Origin: a virus
IMG/VR virus record: IMGVR_UViG_3300045988_140928
Location: 1-64,000 of that record
Direction: 5' to 3' (one strand)
DNA: 64,000 bases
Each line of letters begins with the position of its first letter. Position 1 is the first letter of the stretch. The position numbers were made by a program, and so were the translations under genes. The notes below the pieces were generated by a model. That model searched no databases and was not told where the DNA came from. It saw only the letters and a program-made list of their open reading frames with translations. Below are positions 27,957 through 36,704 of the stretch, piece after piece.

Positions 27957-28529
27957 CTAATTATCTAAGTTAACCTTAGGCGCTGTCTGAGCATTCTTAT
28001 CAGCTTGGTAGTAAGAAATAGGTTTAGCACCTTTCATATTAGCTACAATTGAGGAAGGAAAATTAACAATCAATTGATTATAAGCACGAACATCACTAAT
28101 GTAGTTTTGACGTTCTGTAGCAATACGATTTTCTGTTCCTTCTAATTGAGTCATTAATACTTGAACATTTTTATTAGACTCTAACTTAGGATAACGTTCA
28201 TGGATTACGTTAATTAATACACCAGTAGATTGATTAAGTTGACTATCAGCTTTCATCTTTTCTTTAGGAGTATTAGCAGAATTATAAGCTTCACGGGCTT
28301 TGGCAATATCACCAAAAACCTTTTGTTCTTGTTTCATTGATCCTTTTACACTAGCCGTAAGATTAGGGATTAAGTCATAGCGTCTTTGCATAACGTTTTC
28401 AACTTGACTCCATTGTTGTTCACAATCTTGCTTTTGGTTATTAATATAATTGCTAATTCCTACAAACCAAAGACCAATAATGACAACTACACCAATTACA
28501 CTCCATAAAATAATATTAGACTTTTTCAT
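27957..28529 (-). CDS. lemA: LemA family membrane protein
   Basis: N-terminal TM, then WSQVENVMQRRYDLIPNL...ERYPKLESNKNV..LEGTENRIATERQNY...YNQLIVNFP. This matches the LemA pattern. Confidence 0.8.
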   Translation of the reverse strand: MKKSNIILWSVIGVVVIIGLWFVGISNYINNQKQDCEQQWSQVENVMQRRYDLIPNLTASVKGSMKQEQKVFGDIAKAREAYNSANTPKEKMKADSQLNQSTGVLINVIHERYPKLESNKNVQVLMTQLEGTENRIATERQNYISDVRAYNQLIVNFPSSIVANMKGAKPISYYQADKNAQTAPKVNLDN

Positions 28530-28543
28530 GTTTAAACCTCACT

Positions 28544-28909
28544 TTACCAACTTCCGTCTGCTCCTCCACCACCAGATAAACCCCCATCTCCACCAAAGGA
28601 GTCAAATGAATCTGGACTAAAAGTACCAAAATCATCATAAGGATCTGACAAAGGATCATTATAATAACCATAAGAAGAACTAGAATAACTAGACTTATTT
28701 ACATGCGGGGTTAATTCCTCGTCTTCGTCATCTAATAAAGTATTGGAATATTCACCTACATGCTCCTGATAACTCATAGCCATTGTATATTGAGTATCTA
28801 AAGGAAGCCTAACAAAATCAGCCCTAAGATCTGGATGTTCAATTAAAAATGTATTTACATAATTTTGTTTCCATGTACTGTCTGTAGGATAACCAAACTT
28901 ATTATTCAT
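28544..28909 (-). CDS. acidic protein with Gly-rich C-terminal tail ending GGGGADGSW
   Basis: The start is set at the ATG at 28907..28909, with RBS AAAGGGG. The tail motif matches the C-terminus of the adjacent TPM protein. Confidence 0.55.
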   Translation of the reverse strand: MNNKFGYPTDSTWKQNYVNTFLIEHPDLRADFVRLPLDTQYTMAMSYQEHVGEYSNTLLDDEDEELTPHVNKSSYSSSSYGYYNDPLSDPYDDFGTFSPDSFDSFGGDGGLSGGGGADGSW

Positions 28910-28926
28910 TACAATACCCCTTTCTA

Positions 28927-29688
28927 TTACCAACCACCGGTAGCACCACCGCCACCGGAAAAGCCACCGAAACCGCCGAAGTCTCCCCCGCTAGAAAAAC
29001 CAGAATCGGAACTAGACCCAGAACCAGAGAATAAACCTCCAGAACCAGATCCGCTATCGTCACTCCAAACACAAATTGCAATAATGAACCACACAATACC
29101 TAAAGCTAGAATACTAAAAATAATAGCTAACCATATCTTATTCTTATTATGCTGTTCTACTTTATTAGCAGATCTTAAATTCTTCTGGTCTTTAATGATT
29201 TTAGCAGAAGCACGCTTAACTACTGTCATTACCCCAGCATTAAAATCATCTTGTTTAAAATCCTTTTTAACATCTGGAGTTAATAACTTATATAAATAAG
29301 CGTCTGGCAACACGCTTTCAATTCCATAACCAGTTTGCATTCTAAATTTATGATCTTTAGTAGCAATTAAAAATAACACACCATTATCATAACCAGAACG
29401 ACCAAACTTATACTTATTGAAAAGCGCCTGTGCCTGATCTTCTATATCATCATACTTACTACTTACATGCTTTTCAGTAATTACAGCAATTTGTGGATGA
29501 CCTTTAATCTTAGCCATATCATCAGTATTAACCTTATCAATATATCGTTCAGTCTTTGCTGATAACACATTAGCATTATCTTGTACATTTTGAGTATCTG
29601 CATAGGCTGTAGTTGATAAAGCACCTAAAAAGGCAATAGTTAATCCAGCTAGTAACCACTTTCCCCACTTAACCTTGATTAGCAACAA
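28927..29688 (-). CDS. TPM-domain (YgcG-like) membrane protein
   Basis: Signal peptide, then TPM pattern VQDNANVLS...PQIAVITEK...DNGVLFLIATKDHKFRMQTGYGIE, then a TM segment and a Gly-rich tail ending GGGGATGGW. Confidence 0.75.
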   Translation of the reverse strand: MLLIKVKWGKWLLAGLTIAFLGALSTTAYADTQNVQDNANVLSAKTERYIDKVNTDDMAKIKGHPQIAVITEKHVSSKYDDIEDQAQALFNKYKFGRSGYDNGVLFLIATKDHKFRMQTGYGIESVLPDAYLYKLLTPDVKKDFKQDDFNAGVMTVVKRASAKIIKDQKNLRSANKVEQHNKNKIWLAIIFSILALGIVWFIIAICVWSDDSGSGSGGLFSGSGSSSDSGFSSGGDFGGFGGFSGGGGATGGW

Positions 29689-29713
29689 CTTCTTTCAATT
29701 TTAAACTAAAATT

Positions 29714-29722
29714 ATTATATCA
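29714..29722 (-). promoter_or_regulatory. extended -10 promoter TGATATAAT for the TPM/LemA module
   Basis: TGaTATAAT lies just downstream of the strong terminator. Poor -35. Confidence 0.45.
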
Positions 29723-29744
29723 CAACTTAGCTACAAAACTAGGC

Positions 29745-29776
29745 AAAAAAAAAAATAGAGAATTTAATTCCTCTAT
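29745..29776 (-). terminator. rho-independent terminator after the tail lysin gene
   Basis: AUAGAG/CUCUAU stem followed by U11. It overlaps the TAG stop. Confidence 0.7.
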
Positions 29777-32700
29777 TTCTTAGGTCTACCCCACCAAGTA
29801 GCAGTATCAGTACCAAATCCCTGTGAGTATGGCTCTTCTGCAATGTTTTCAGTAGCGTTCATATCAATAACTTTAGTATCACCACCATGCCAATCTTCTT
29901 CAAGAATACCCATGTGAGGGTTAGCATCATTAACTACCATATCTCCTGCTTTTGCATCTTTTGAATCAATAGGTTCCAAAATAGACTTACATGAAAATGT
30001 AGTAAATGGTGTATCACCAACCGAATAACCACATGATTTAGCACAATACCAACTAAAAGAACTACAGTCTGCGTGCCCATTTTCCTTCGGGCTACCGATA
30101 GACCCGAAGTCGGACCTATTAGGTTGTGAATAAGTCCAACCCTTTGTTTTAACCTGTTGAGCAAACTTAACTATATCATTATTAGATGTTCCCCCACTAT
30201 CTCCACCACTATCTTTACTTGCATTAGAAATAGCAGTAGCAAGATTCTGTTCACCAAAGTAACCACCTAGGAAACGAGTAAACTTACCCTTAAAACTCCA
30301 TGGCTCAGTAAATCTACGGTAGAAATCATCCATTTCGGATCTTAAAGGAACACCACGGGTTACATTTAAAGTAACCTGTAGTCCATTCGCATAACTCCAG
30401 CTAGTAGTTACACCCTCGCAGTAAAATTCCCACCAAACACCAGAGGGATCATCATAAAACATTACCCGTTCACCAATCCAATCTACCATTGGTGTAGAAA
30501 GCGATCCTAAAGTAATTGTACCAGAATAAAACTTAGCATTATCAGCATACCAATCAAATAATTTTTGAGTATACCTTAAAAATAAGAAAGGTACAGATTG
30601 CTGACCACTATCTGGGGAACCATTAACGCCATCGTGTCCTTGATCAAAAGGAACCGAATTCATAATTCTATCGTAATCAGCTTCACTAGGTTTACCACCA
30701 TTAGCAAGTGCAGACTGTACAATCTCCCAAGCCTGCTCCGGCCCTATTGTATAGCCCATCTCGTCAATTAGCTCACCGGCCGCTTTTTCGGGATCTTTAG
30801 CCATTCGGTCATAGCTCTTTAAGTATTTAGAATTCTTAGAAATAGCAGTATTAGTAGGTGTGTAATTAGGCATCATAACACTAAGGTAACTAGTACGATT
30901 AAAATGATTACGCATAGTCCAGAGCGTATTAGCGTCTTCTTGGCTAATACCTAATCCTGAAACAGAACGAGCAAAATCATAAGCATTACCAGAAGCTTTA
31001 AGAGCTTCATTTACTGCATTATATTGAGCCGAACCACCGGCTTCTTTAGGAATTGAAATATCTTCACCATTAGCCTTACGACCACTTGTATAATAGAAAG
31101 CGTCAACTACAGATGTGTAATAAGGCTTATGCAACATAGCTTCTTCTTGCGTCCAGCCTTTCATAGCTTCACTATCAGCATTAGTAGTTCCTGCCTGTAC
31201 TTGTGAAAGCGGGTCTTCTTGCTTATTACCATTAAAATAATCAACCTGTACATTCATTAACTTATAACCATAACGATGGATAAGATCCATATTAGTCAAA
31301 GGTGCCATGTTTCCTGTAAAACCACCGTCATACTGATCTATCCCCATACCTTGTGTAGGCGTAAGCTTAAAGATCGAAGCCTGCTCTTGGTCATTATTTT
31401 GGATATTAACACTCATAATATCACCGGGAGCAATTTCGTTTACAGGTAGTCCCATCCAGTTTTCAGGATCAAATGGTGTAGGACGATAATTGAAGGTAGC
31501 TAGTCCACGATCATGAGTCCAGTACATTTCATTAAAAGGCTTAGCAGAAACGTCTTTAATAAATTGTAAAATAGAACCATTATAATTCAAAAATGGATTA
31601 CTAGGTCCTGCATCTGGATAAGACTCATCTAAGTTCTCATAGATGTAAAACTCCATTAAGTTCTGAATTGGTAGCTCCCCGTCTTCCGATACTTGCATAG
31701 GAATATTTAACCAATTAACTTGATTATTAGTTTCTGGATTATCATTCTTTCCTGTCTGATCTGTGTCCGAATCTTGGTCTGATCCATCAGCGGTATTACC
31801 ATTTTTATCTGGCAAAGAATCAAGATAAGCCTGATACTGATCTTGTGTCATTGGTTGTCCCATAAAGTCATTAACTACACCTGCTTTAACTGGAGTAGCC
31901 CGATCAGTAATATCTCTACCACCTTGACCGTTTAAATAATCATAGGTGTTTACCCCACCTTGATTTTGTAAAACAAACCGATTAATAATCTGCTTAATAA
32001 TATTAGCAGAAGTATGTTGTTTAAAACCAATTCCAGTCTTTTCATCATCGGGGAGCAATTGATAACCATTAAGATTGGATTGTAAATCAGAAAAAGTAGA
32101 TAACTGAATATTACTCATAATCTTAGCCATACCCTGACCTACAACCGTATAGGTTTCTTGTGCTCCATTATAATTAGCGTTACGAGTTAGATTAGAAATC
32201 AACCCCGTATAAATACATTTATCAAATTGACGATACTGAGGATCGGGCAAGATATAGTCTACTCTAATTAAGTCATTAACAGCAAACAGTGAAGACCAAT
32301 CATGACTATTACCTAAAATCATAGTCAAGGTTGGAATATCATTTTGCATATCATTTTGCACTTGAACTGAAATTAGATCAGCAATTAATTTATCTTGTGT
32401 ATCATCTGGAATTTGATGAGAAACAGAACGAGGTACTAAAGGATAGGTACCGGAGATAGTTGCTACTGTTACTTGTAAATAACCAGACGTTGAAATTGAA
32501 CCATACTTAGCAATATCCCCCGGACGGTGATCTATATGAGTAGGATAGCGAGGAGTAGGATCTCTTTTTAAATTCAAAGACTCCTGCATTATCTGTTTAT
32601 AATTTTCATCAGCCTTTGAAATATCGCTATCATCTCCACCTTTGGAAGATCCAGACTTATGACCTTTATTCTTATAAGCGTCTGATACTCCACCATAAGC

Positions 32701-32829
32701 GCCTACGTCAATATGTGATTTAATCTGTTTATGATCTAATGCTTGACCAGCAGATTTAGAATCAACATGAAAAGGTTTCTTCTTCTTACTTGCTACTTGT
32801 CGATAAGCACCAATATCTATTTTTGGCAA
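29773..32829 (-). CDS. tail-associated lysin / baseplate hub protein with C-terminal NlpC/P60-type peptidase
   Basis: TTG start at 32827..32829 after GAGGTG. The C-terminus has DCSSFSWYC...GDMVVNDANPHMGIL (Cys/His peptidase pattern). Confidence 0.75.
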   Translation of the reverse strand: MPKIDIGAYRQVASKKKKPFHVDSKSAGQALDHKQIKSHIDVGAYGGVSDAYKNKGHKSGSSKGGDDSDISKADENYKQIMQESLNLKRDPTPRYPTHIDHRPGDIAKYGSISTSGYLQVTVATISGTYPLVPRSVSHQIPDDTQDKLIADLISVQVQNDMQNDIPTLTMILGNSHDWSSLFAVNDLIRVDYILPDPQYRQFDKCIYTGLISNLTRNANYNGAQETYTVVGQGMAKIMSNIQLSTFSDLQSNLNGYQLLPDDEKTGIGFKQHTSANIIKQIINRFVLQNQGGVNTYDYLNGQGGRDITDRATPVKAGVVNDFMGQPMTQDQYQAYLDSLPDKNGNTADGSDQDSDTDQTGKNDNPETNNQVNWLNIPMQVSEDGELPIQNLMEFYIYENLDESYPDAGPSNPFLNYNGSILQFIKDVSAKPFNEMYWTHDRGLATFNYRPTPFDPENWMGLPVNEIAPGDIMSVNIQNNDQEQASIFKLTPTQGMGIDQYDGGFTGNMAPLTNMDLIHRYGYKLMNVQVDYFNGNKQEDPLSQVQAGTTNADSEAMKGWTQEEAMLHKPYYTSVVDAFYYTSGRKANGEDISIPKEAGGSAQYNAVNEALKASGNAYDFARSVSGLGISQEDANTLWTMRNHFNRTSYLSVMMPNYTPTNTAISKNSKYLKSYDRMAKDPEKAAGELIDEMGYTIGPEQAWEIVQSALANGGKPSEADYDRIMNSVPFDQGHDGVNGSPDSGQQSVPFLFLRYTQKLFDWYADNAKFYSGTITLGSLSTPMVDWIGERVMFYDDPSGVWWEFYCEGVTTSWSYANGLQVTLNVTRGVPLRSEMDDFYRRFTEPWSFKGKFTRFLGGYFGEQNLATAISNASKDSGGDSGGTSNNDIVKFAQQVKTKGWTYSQPNRSDFGSIGSPKENGHADCSSFSWYCAKSCGYSVGDTPFTTFSCKSILEPIDSKDAKAGDMVVNDANPHMGILEEDWHGGDTKVIDMNATENIAEEPYSQGFGTDTATWWGRPKK

Positions 32830-32943
32830 TATTTTCACCTCTTTATTTAGTTTTAATATAAAGCAAAATCCCCTATGCACGTCTGAAACATAGAGGATTT
32901 TTGGGTGTGTATTAATAAATGTTCAGTTGAATTATAACTTCAT

Positions 32944-35900
32944 TTAAACTAGAAGTCCAGAAGTTTCATTAGCAAAGAATGTTTGTTGATTACTCATTGC
33001 CTGTTGACTATCATACTGACTTAACATTTCTCTTACCTTATTAGCTACTGTTTGAGCTAATGTATCTGGGTCATCAGTTCCACCATTGATAGTAAGATTA
33101 ATATTATAACTTGGATTAATAGTAGTTGATTTACCATTAGACTCAGAAACTCCCGGATTAACTACCTTTTTACCAAAAATACCAGCTAAGTCGTCTAAAG
33201 TAGAAAGTCCACTAAAGTAGTGACCTGCATTCAATGGAACATAAGCTTCTGTTCCAGCTTCACCATAAACGTCACTACCATTATTAGTAGATGGATGGTC
33301 TGTGATTAAAGGACTACCAGAGGCATATTGACGAATACCACCTGTAGCATACTGCTTAGCAAATCTATCCATTCCCCCAGCATACTCAGCAGGTGAAGTG
33401 GTAAAGTACCCTTTGCTATGTAATTGATTAGCCCAGTCATTAACAGACTTAATACTACTGTTAATACCCATCTTTTGTAGAGTAGAAGCATAAGCATTAG
33501 CAAAGTCGTCTAAACTATCAAAGTCCGCATAATTACCACTACCGTCTGGTTGATGTGAGCCAGCCTTTGCGCCTTTTTGACCAGCATAAACAATTCCACC
33601 ATAATTGTTTTTACCAGCCATGTGAGTACCACCGCCGGTTTCATGCATCAACTGTGCATAAACGAGTTTAGGGTCTACTCCAAGCTTTTTACCAATCGCC
33701 TTAGCAACACTCCGAATAGCCTTTTCTCCCTCACCAGAAGTTCCAGATATATCAGAGTCGTCCCCATCTTTCTTGGAACTAGAATCGCCACCATTTTTAA
33801 TAGATTTAGCAGATTGAACTACTCGCATAGCATGATCAAGCATTTTATCGTAACCACGTAAAATACGCCATGCTTCTGATTTTTCACTGTTCTTCTTAGA
33901 GGAAGCCTTAGCTTTACCTCCGAAAAAGTCGTCCATTAAACCTAGTCCAGCAACACCAAGAGCAACCCCCGGTAAGAAACGCTTACCATTCTTAACAATC
34001 CCTCTTAAAATTCCACCAGACTTATTATACTTACTTGCAGTTTTACGAGCACCTCTAAGTGATTGCCCTTTAGCTTTATTAATAGCCTTATCCTTAGATT
34101 TACCTACCTTACCCCCAAGGAAACCACCAAACTTATCACCTAGCCAACCACCGGCCACACTACCAGCTACAGCACCAACAGCAGTACCAGCACCGGGGAA
34201 AATTGAACCAATTAATCCGCCGACAACACCCCCAGCAACACTACCAGCAGATGACCCTAAACTAGACCCAACAGCTTTTCTACGGGCTTTAGTACCTTTC
34301 TTAGTAGTTGCAACAGAGGTGGCTAAGTCTAAACCACCAAAAACTAAATCACCAACACCCGGTAATCCAGCCTTAGCACCACGAACTAAACCTCTTAATT
34401 TACTAGACTTTAAAATACCAGAAGCAGTAGCCCTAATACCTGAACGGGAAACTGACTTAGCACCTGTTTTAACAGCCTGCTCTCCAGCCTTTGCAGTTAC
34501 TTTCTCAGCTTCTTTTTCTACAGGTGACTTTCCTCTCTTAAAGATACTATCTAAAATACCAGCTCCTGCACCGCCAGCACCTCCAGAGCCACCCCTACCT
34601 CTTAGTTTATCAAGAGCGTAGATACTCATAAGATTTCCTGCACCGGCACCAATAGCACCAGCAAAACCAGAGACTAATGGAGAAAAACCACCACCAGCTT
34701 TATAAGCTTTAGCAATAATACCACGTAAACCGTCTAAAGCTTGGCTAGCTTTCATAGCAGAATCAGCTAATGCAGAATTATACTTTTGAAGTTGCGAAGC
34801 ACCTGTATTATCATAATTCTGATCTGCTGTTCCACCTTTTTTACTAGCGTTAGATGATTTTTCTAATTTATCAATATGTTTCTTATCTAGCTTACCTGAG
34901 TCTGCAAGTTTAATCCACTGCTCAACAGTCTCAGCAGGTACACCCGTAGCAAGACTCAAGTTGGAAGCCGCAATCCTACGACTACCATAACTGTTTTCAG
35001 CATTTTGTAAAATACCTTTCATCTTCCAAGGCTGTTTTTGAAAATTCTGCATATCAAAAACCATATTAGCAGAACCTTCTACACCCGTATAACGACTAGG
35101 ATTCGACTGAGCAAAAAGTTGCCTCATCATTGGGTTATTATAGTTACCTAGTCCTTGAGCTAACTGCATAGTATTCTGAGCACCTTGTGTACCTTGGAAC
35201 TGTGCCCCACCACTAGCAATAGAACCTTGGAAACCTGCTAAGTTCTTTTCATCACGAGCAGTAAGACCTTGATTACTTGCGTTTTGGATCAACATAGACA
35301 ACCCTTGTTGCTGTTCAGTAGCCTTAGCACTCATACCAGAATTAATAATAGAATTAGTAATTGCATTACCAACACTACTCATTTGACTAGAATTTAAGTT
35401 AGCACTATTACCAACAGTCTGCTCTAACCCTAAAGTACTCTGTGTATTAGCCCCTGTAATACGAGATTGTCTAGCCCACGTCTGAGCAACACCAGCAACG
35501 TCTCTAACGCTTCCTACATTACCAGTAGTAGATGTATAAGCATTAGCAAACTGACCCATTTCTGCGCCATTATAACCATATCTATAGCCGTAGTCACCCA
35601 AAGTATTAAGAACTTCACCATCTCTACCACCATTAGCGTAAGCAGTAGATTTAATATCATCAAAACTAGAAAGCCTTAAACTATTACCTTGAGCATAAGC
35701 ACTACCAATAGAAGCACCTCCGGCAGAAAGAGCACCCCTTAAAATAGTATACTTACGCTTATTAAGCTGACCCATAAATGAATTAGGGTCATCGCCAATG
35801 GTCACACCTTGAGTATCATTTAAGCGATTGTTAAAAGACTCAAGATTTTTTTCAGCAGTTCTTAGTTCCTCTTCTTGTTTCTTAAACCGGTCATTAACCT

Positions 35901-36696
35901 TTTCTAGGTGTTTAACCTGTTCGTCTAAAGCTCTAGCATAGCGAACCTGTTCAGTAGTTGCACCCGGAGCAGAAGCAACGCTATTAGCTTCTTCAGCTTG
36001 GCTTTGTAAATTATGATAATAACTAGCAAAACGAGCAATATCACCAGTAGGAGAATTAAAACGATCTCGTTGATCATGCAAACGCTCTTGAATAGATTCC
36101 GAGGAAGCTTTGTATTGTTGGTAACGATTATATGAAATATAACCAGATTTTCTACCAACATCTAAATTTCCCATTTCACGTTTAAGAGAACTAGCTAAGT
36201 TATGAATATCAGAACGACTTTCTCTAGCTAAACTTTCATAGTGGAGATTTTGTTGACTAAAGTCTCCCCGCTCCCCACGAATAGTAGCACTCTCATCTCT
36301 AAATGCCCGAGAAGTGGTTGTACGAGCATTAAAGATAGAGTCGAGTTTAGTACTATTATTACCAGATCTTAACTCTCTTAAGCTATTAACAACTAAATCT
36401 AATTTAGGAGCTAAAGTATTAAGACTTTCCTCTAATTTAGGCCCGCTTTGAGTTGCTTTAGCTTGATTAAGAGCGTTATCTAAAGCAGACTTAACTTCGT
36501 CTAATCGTCCAAAACCATTTTGAACCCCAGCTAACTGCTTATTACTAATCTGACCATTATTATCCTGTACAGTACTAAATACCCGATTAATTTTTTGTTG
36601 GGTAGAACTAACTAAATCTTCAATTTCCCGAAGACTAGCCTTGGCAGGATCAACATCAGCCGTAACTTTAATATTTGTATCTTCTTGCTTGCTCAC
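32944..36696 (-). CDS. tape-measure-like protein 2 with glucosaminidase-type domain
   Basis: 1250 aa. The N-terminal 600 aa or so are paralogous to the upstream TMP. Gly-rich TM block. AQLMHETGGGTHMAGKNNYGGI pattern. Confidence 0.75.
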   Translation of the reverse strand: MSKQEDTNIKVTADVDPAKASLREIEDLVSSTQQKINRVFSTVQDNNGQISNKQLAGVQNGFGRLDEVKSALDNALNQAKATQSGPKLEESLNTLAPKLDLVVNSLRELRSGNNSTKLDSIFNARTTTSRAFRDESATIRGERGDFSQQNLHYESLARESRSDIHNLASSLKREMGNLDVGRKSGYISYNRYQQYKASSESIQERLHDQRDRFNSPTGDIARFASYYHNLQSQAEEANSVASAPGATTEQVRYARALDEQVKHLEKVNDRFKKQEEELRTAEKNLESFNNRLNDTQGVTIGDDPNSFMGQLNKRKYTILRGALSAGGASIGSAYAQGNSLRLSSFDDIKSTAYANGGRDGEVLNTLGDYGYRYGYNGAEMGQFANAYTSTTGNVGSVRDVAGVAQTWARQSRITGANTQSTLGLEQTVGNSANLNSSQMSSVGNAITNSIINSGMSAKATEQQQGLSMLIQNASNQGLTARDEKNLAGFQGSIASGGAQFQGTQGAQNTMQLAQGLGNYNNPMMRQLFAQSNPSRYTGVEGSANMVFDMQNFQKQPWKMKGILQNAENSYGSRRIAASNLSLATGVPAETVEQWIKLADSGKLDKKHIDKLEKSSNASKKGGTADQNYDNTGASQLQKYNSALADSAMKASQALDGLRGIIAKAYKAGGGFSPLVSGFAGAIGAGAGNLMSIYALDKLRGRGGSGGAGGAGAGILDSIFKRGKSPVEKEAEKVTAKAGEQAVKTGAKSVSRSGIRATASGILKSSKLRGLVRGAKAGLPGVGDLVFGGLDLATSVATTKKGTKARRKAVGSSLGSSAGSVAGGVVGGLIGSIFPGAGTAVGAVAGSVAGGWLGDKFGGFLGGKVGKSKDKAINKAKGQSLRGARKTASKYNKSGGILRGIVKNGKRFLPGVALGVAGLGLMDDFFGGKAKASSKKNSEKSEAWRILRGYDKMLDHAMRVVQSAKSIKNGGDSSSKKDGDDSDISGTSGEGEKAIRSVAKAIGKKLGVDPKLVYAQLMHETGGGTHMAGKNNYGGIVYAGQKGAKAGSHQPDGSGNYADFDSLDDFANAYASTLQKMGINSSIKSVNDWANQLHSKGYFTTSPAEYAGGMDRFAKQYATGGIRQYASGSPLITDHPSTNNGSDVYGEAGTEAYVPLNAGHYFSGLSTLDDLAGIFGKKVVNPGVSESNGKSTTINPSYNINLTINGGTDDPDTLAQTVANKVREMLSQYDSQQAMSNQQTFFANETSGLLV

Positions 36697-36704
36697 TTAA
36701 TCAC

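Noticed and set aside
28865-29299. Plus-strand 144-aa Pro-rich ORF.
   Set aside because: It is the antisense shadow of the Gly-rich tails of the minus-strand TPM and acidic proteins (GGx read backwards gives Pro-rich sequence). There is no RBS, and every neighbouring gene is on the minus strand.
34319-34621. Plus-strand 100-aa Pro/Ala-rich ORF inside the second tape-measure gene.
   Set aside because: It is the antisense shadow of the Gly/Ala-rich block of a 1250-aa minus-strand ORF.
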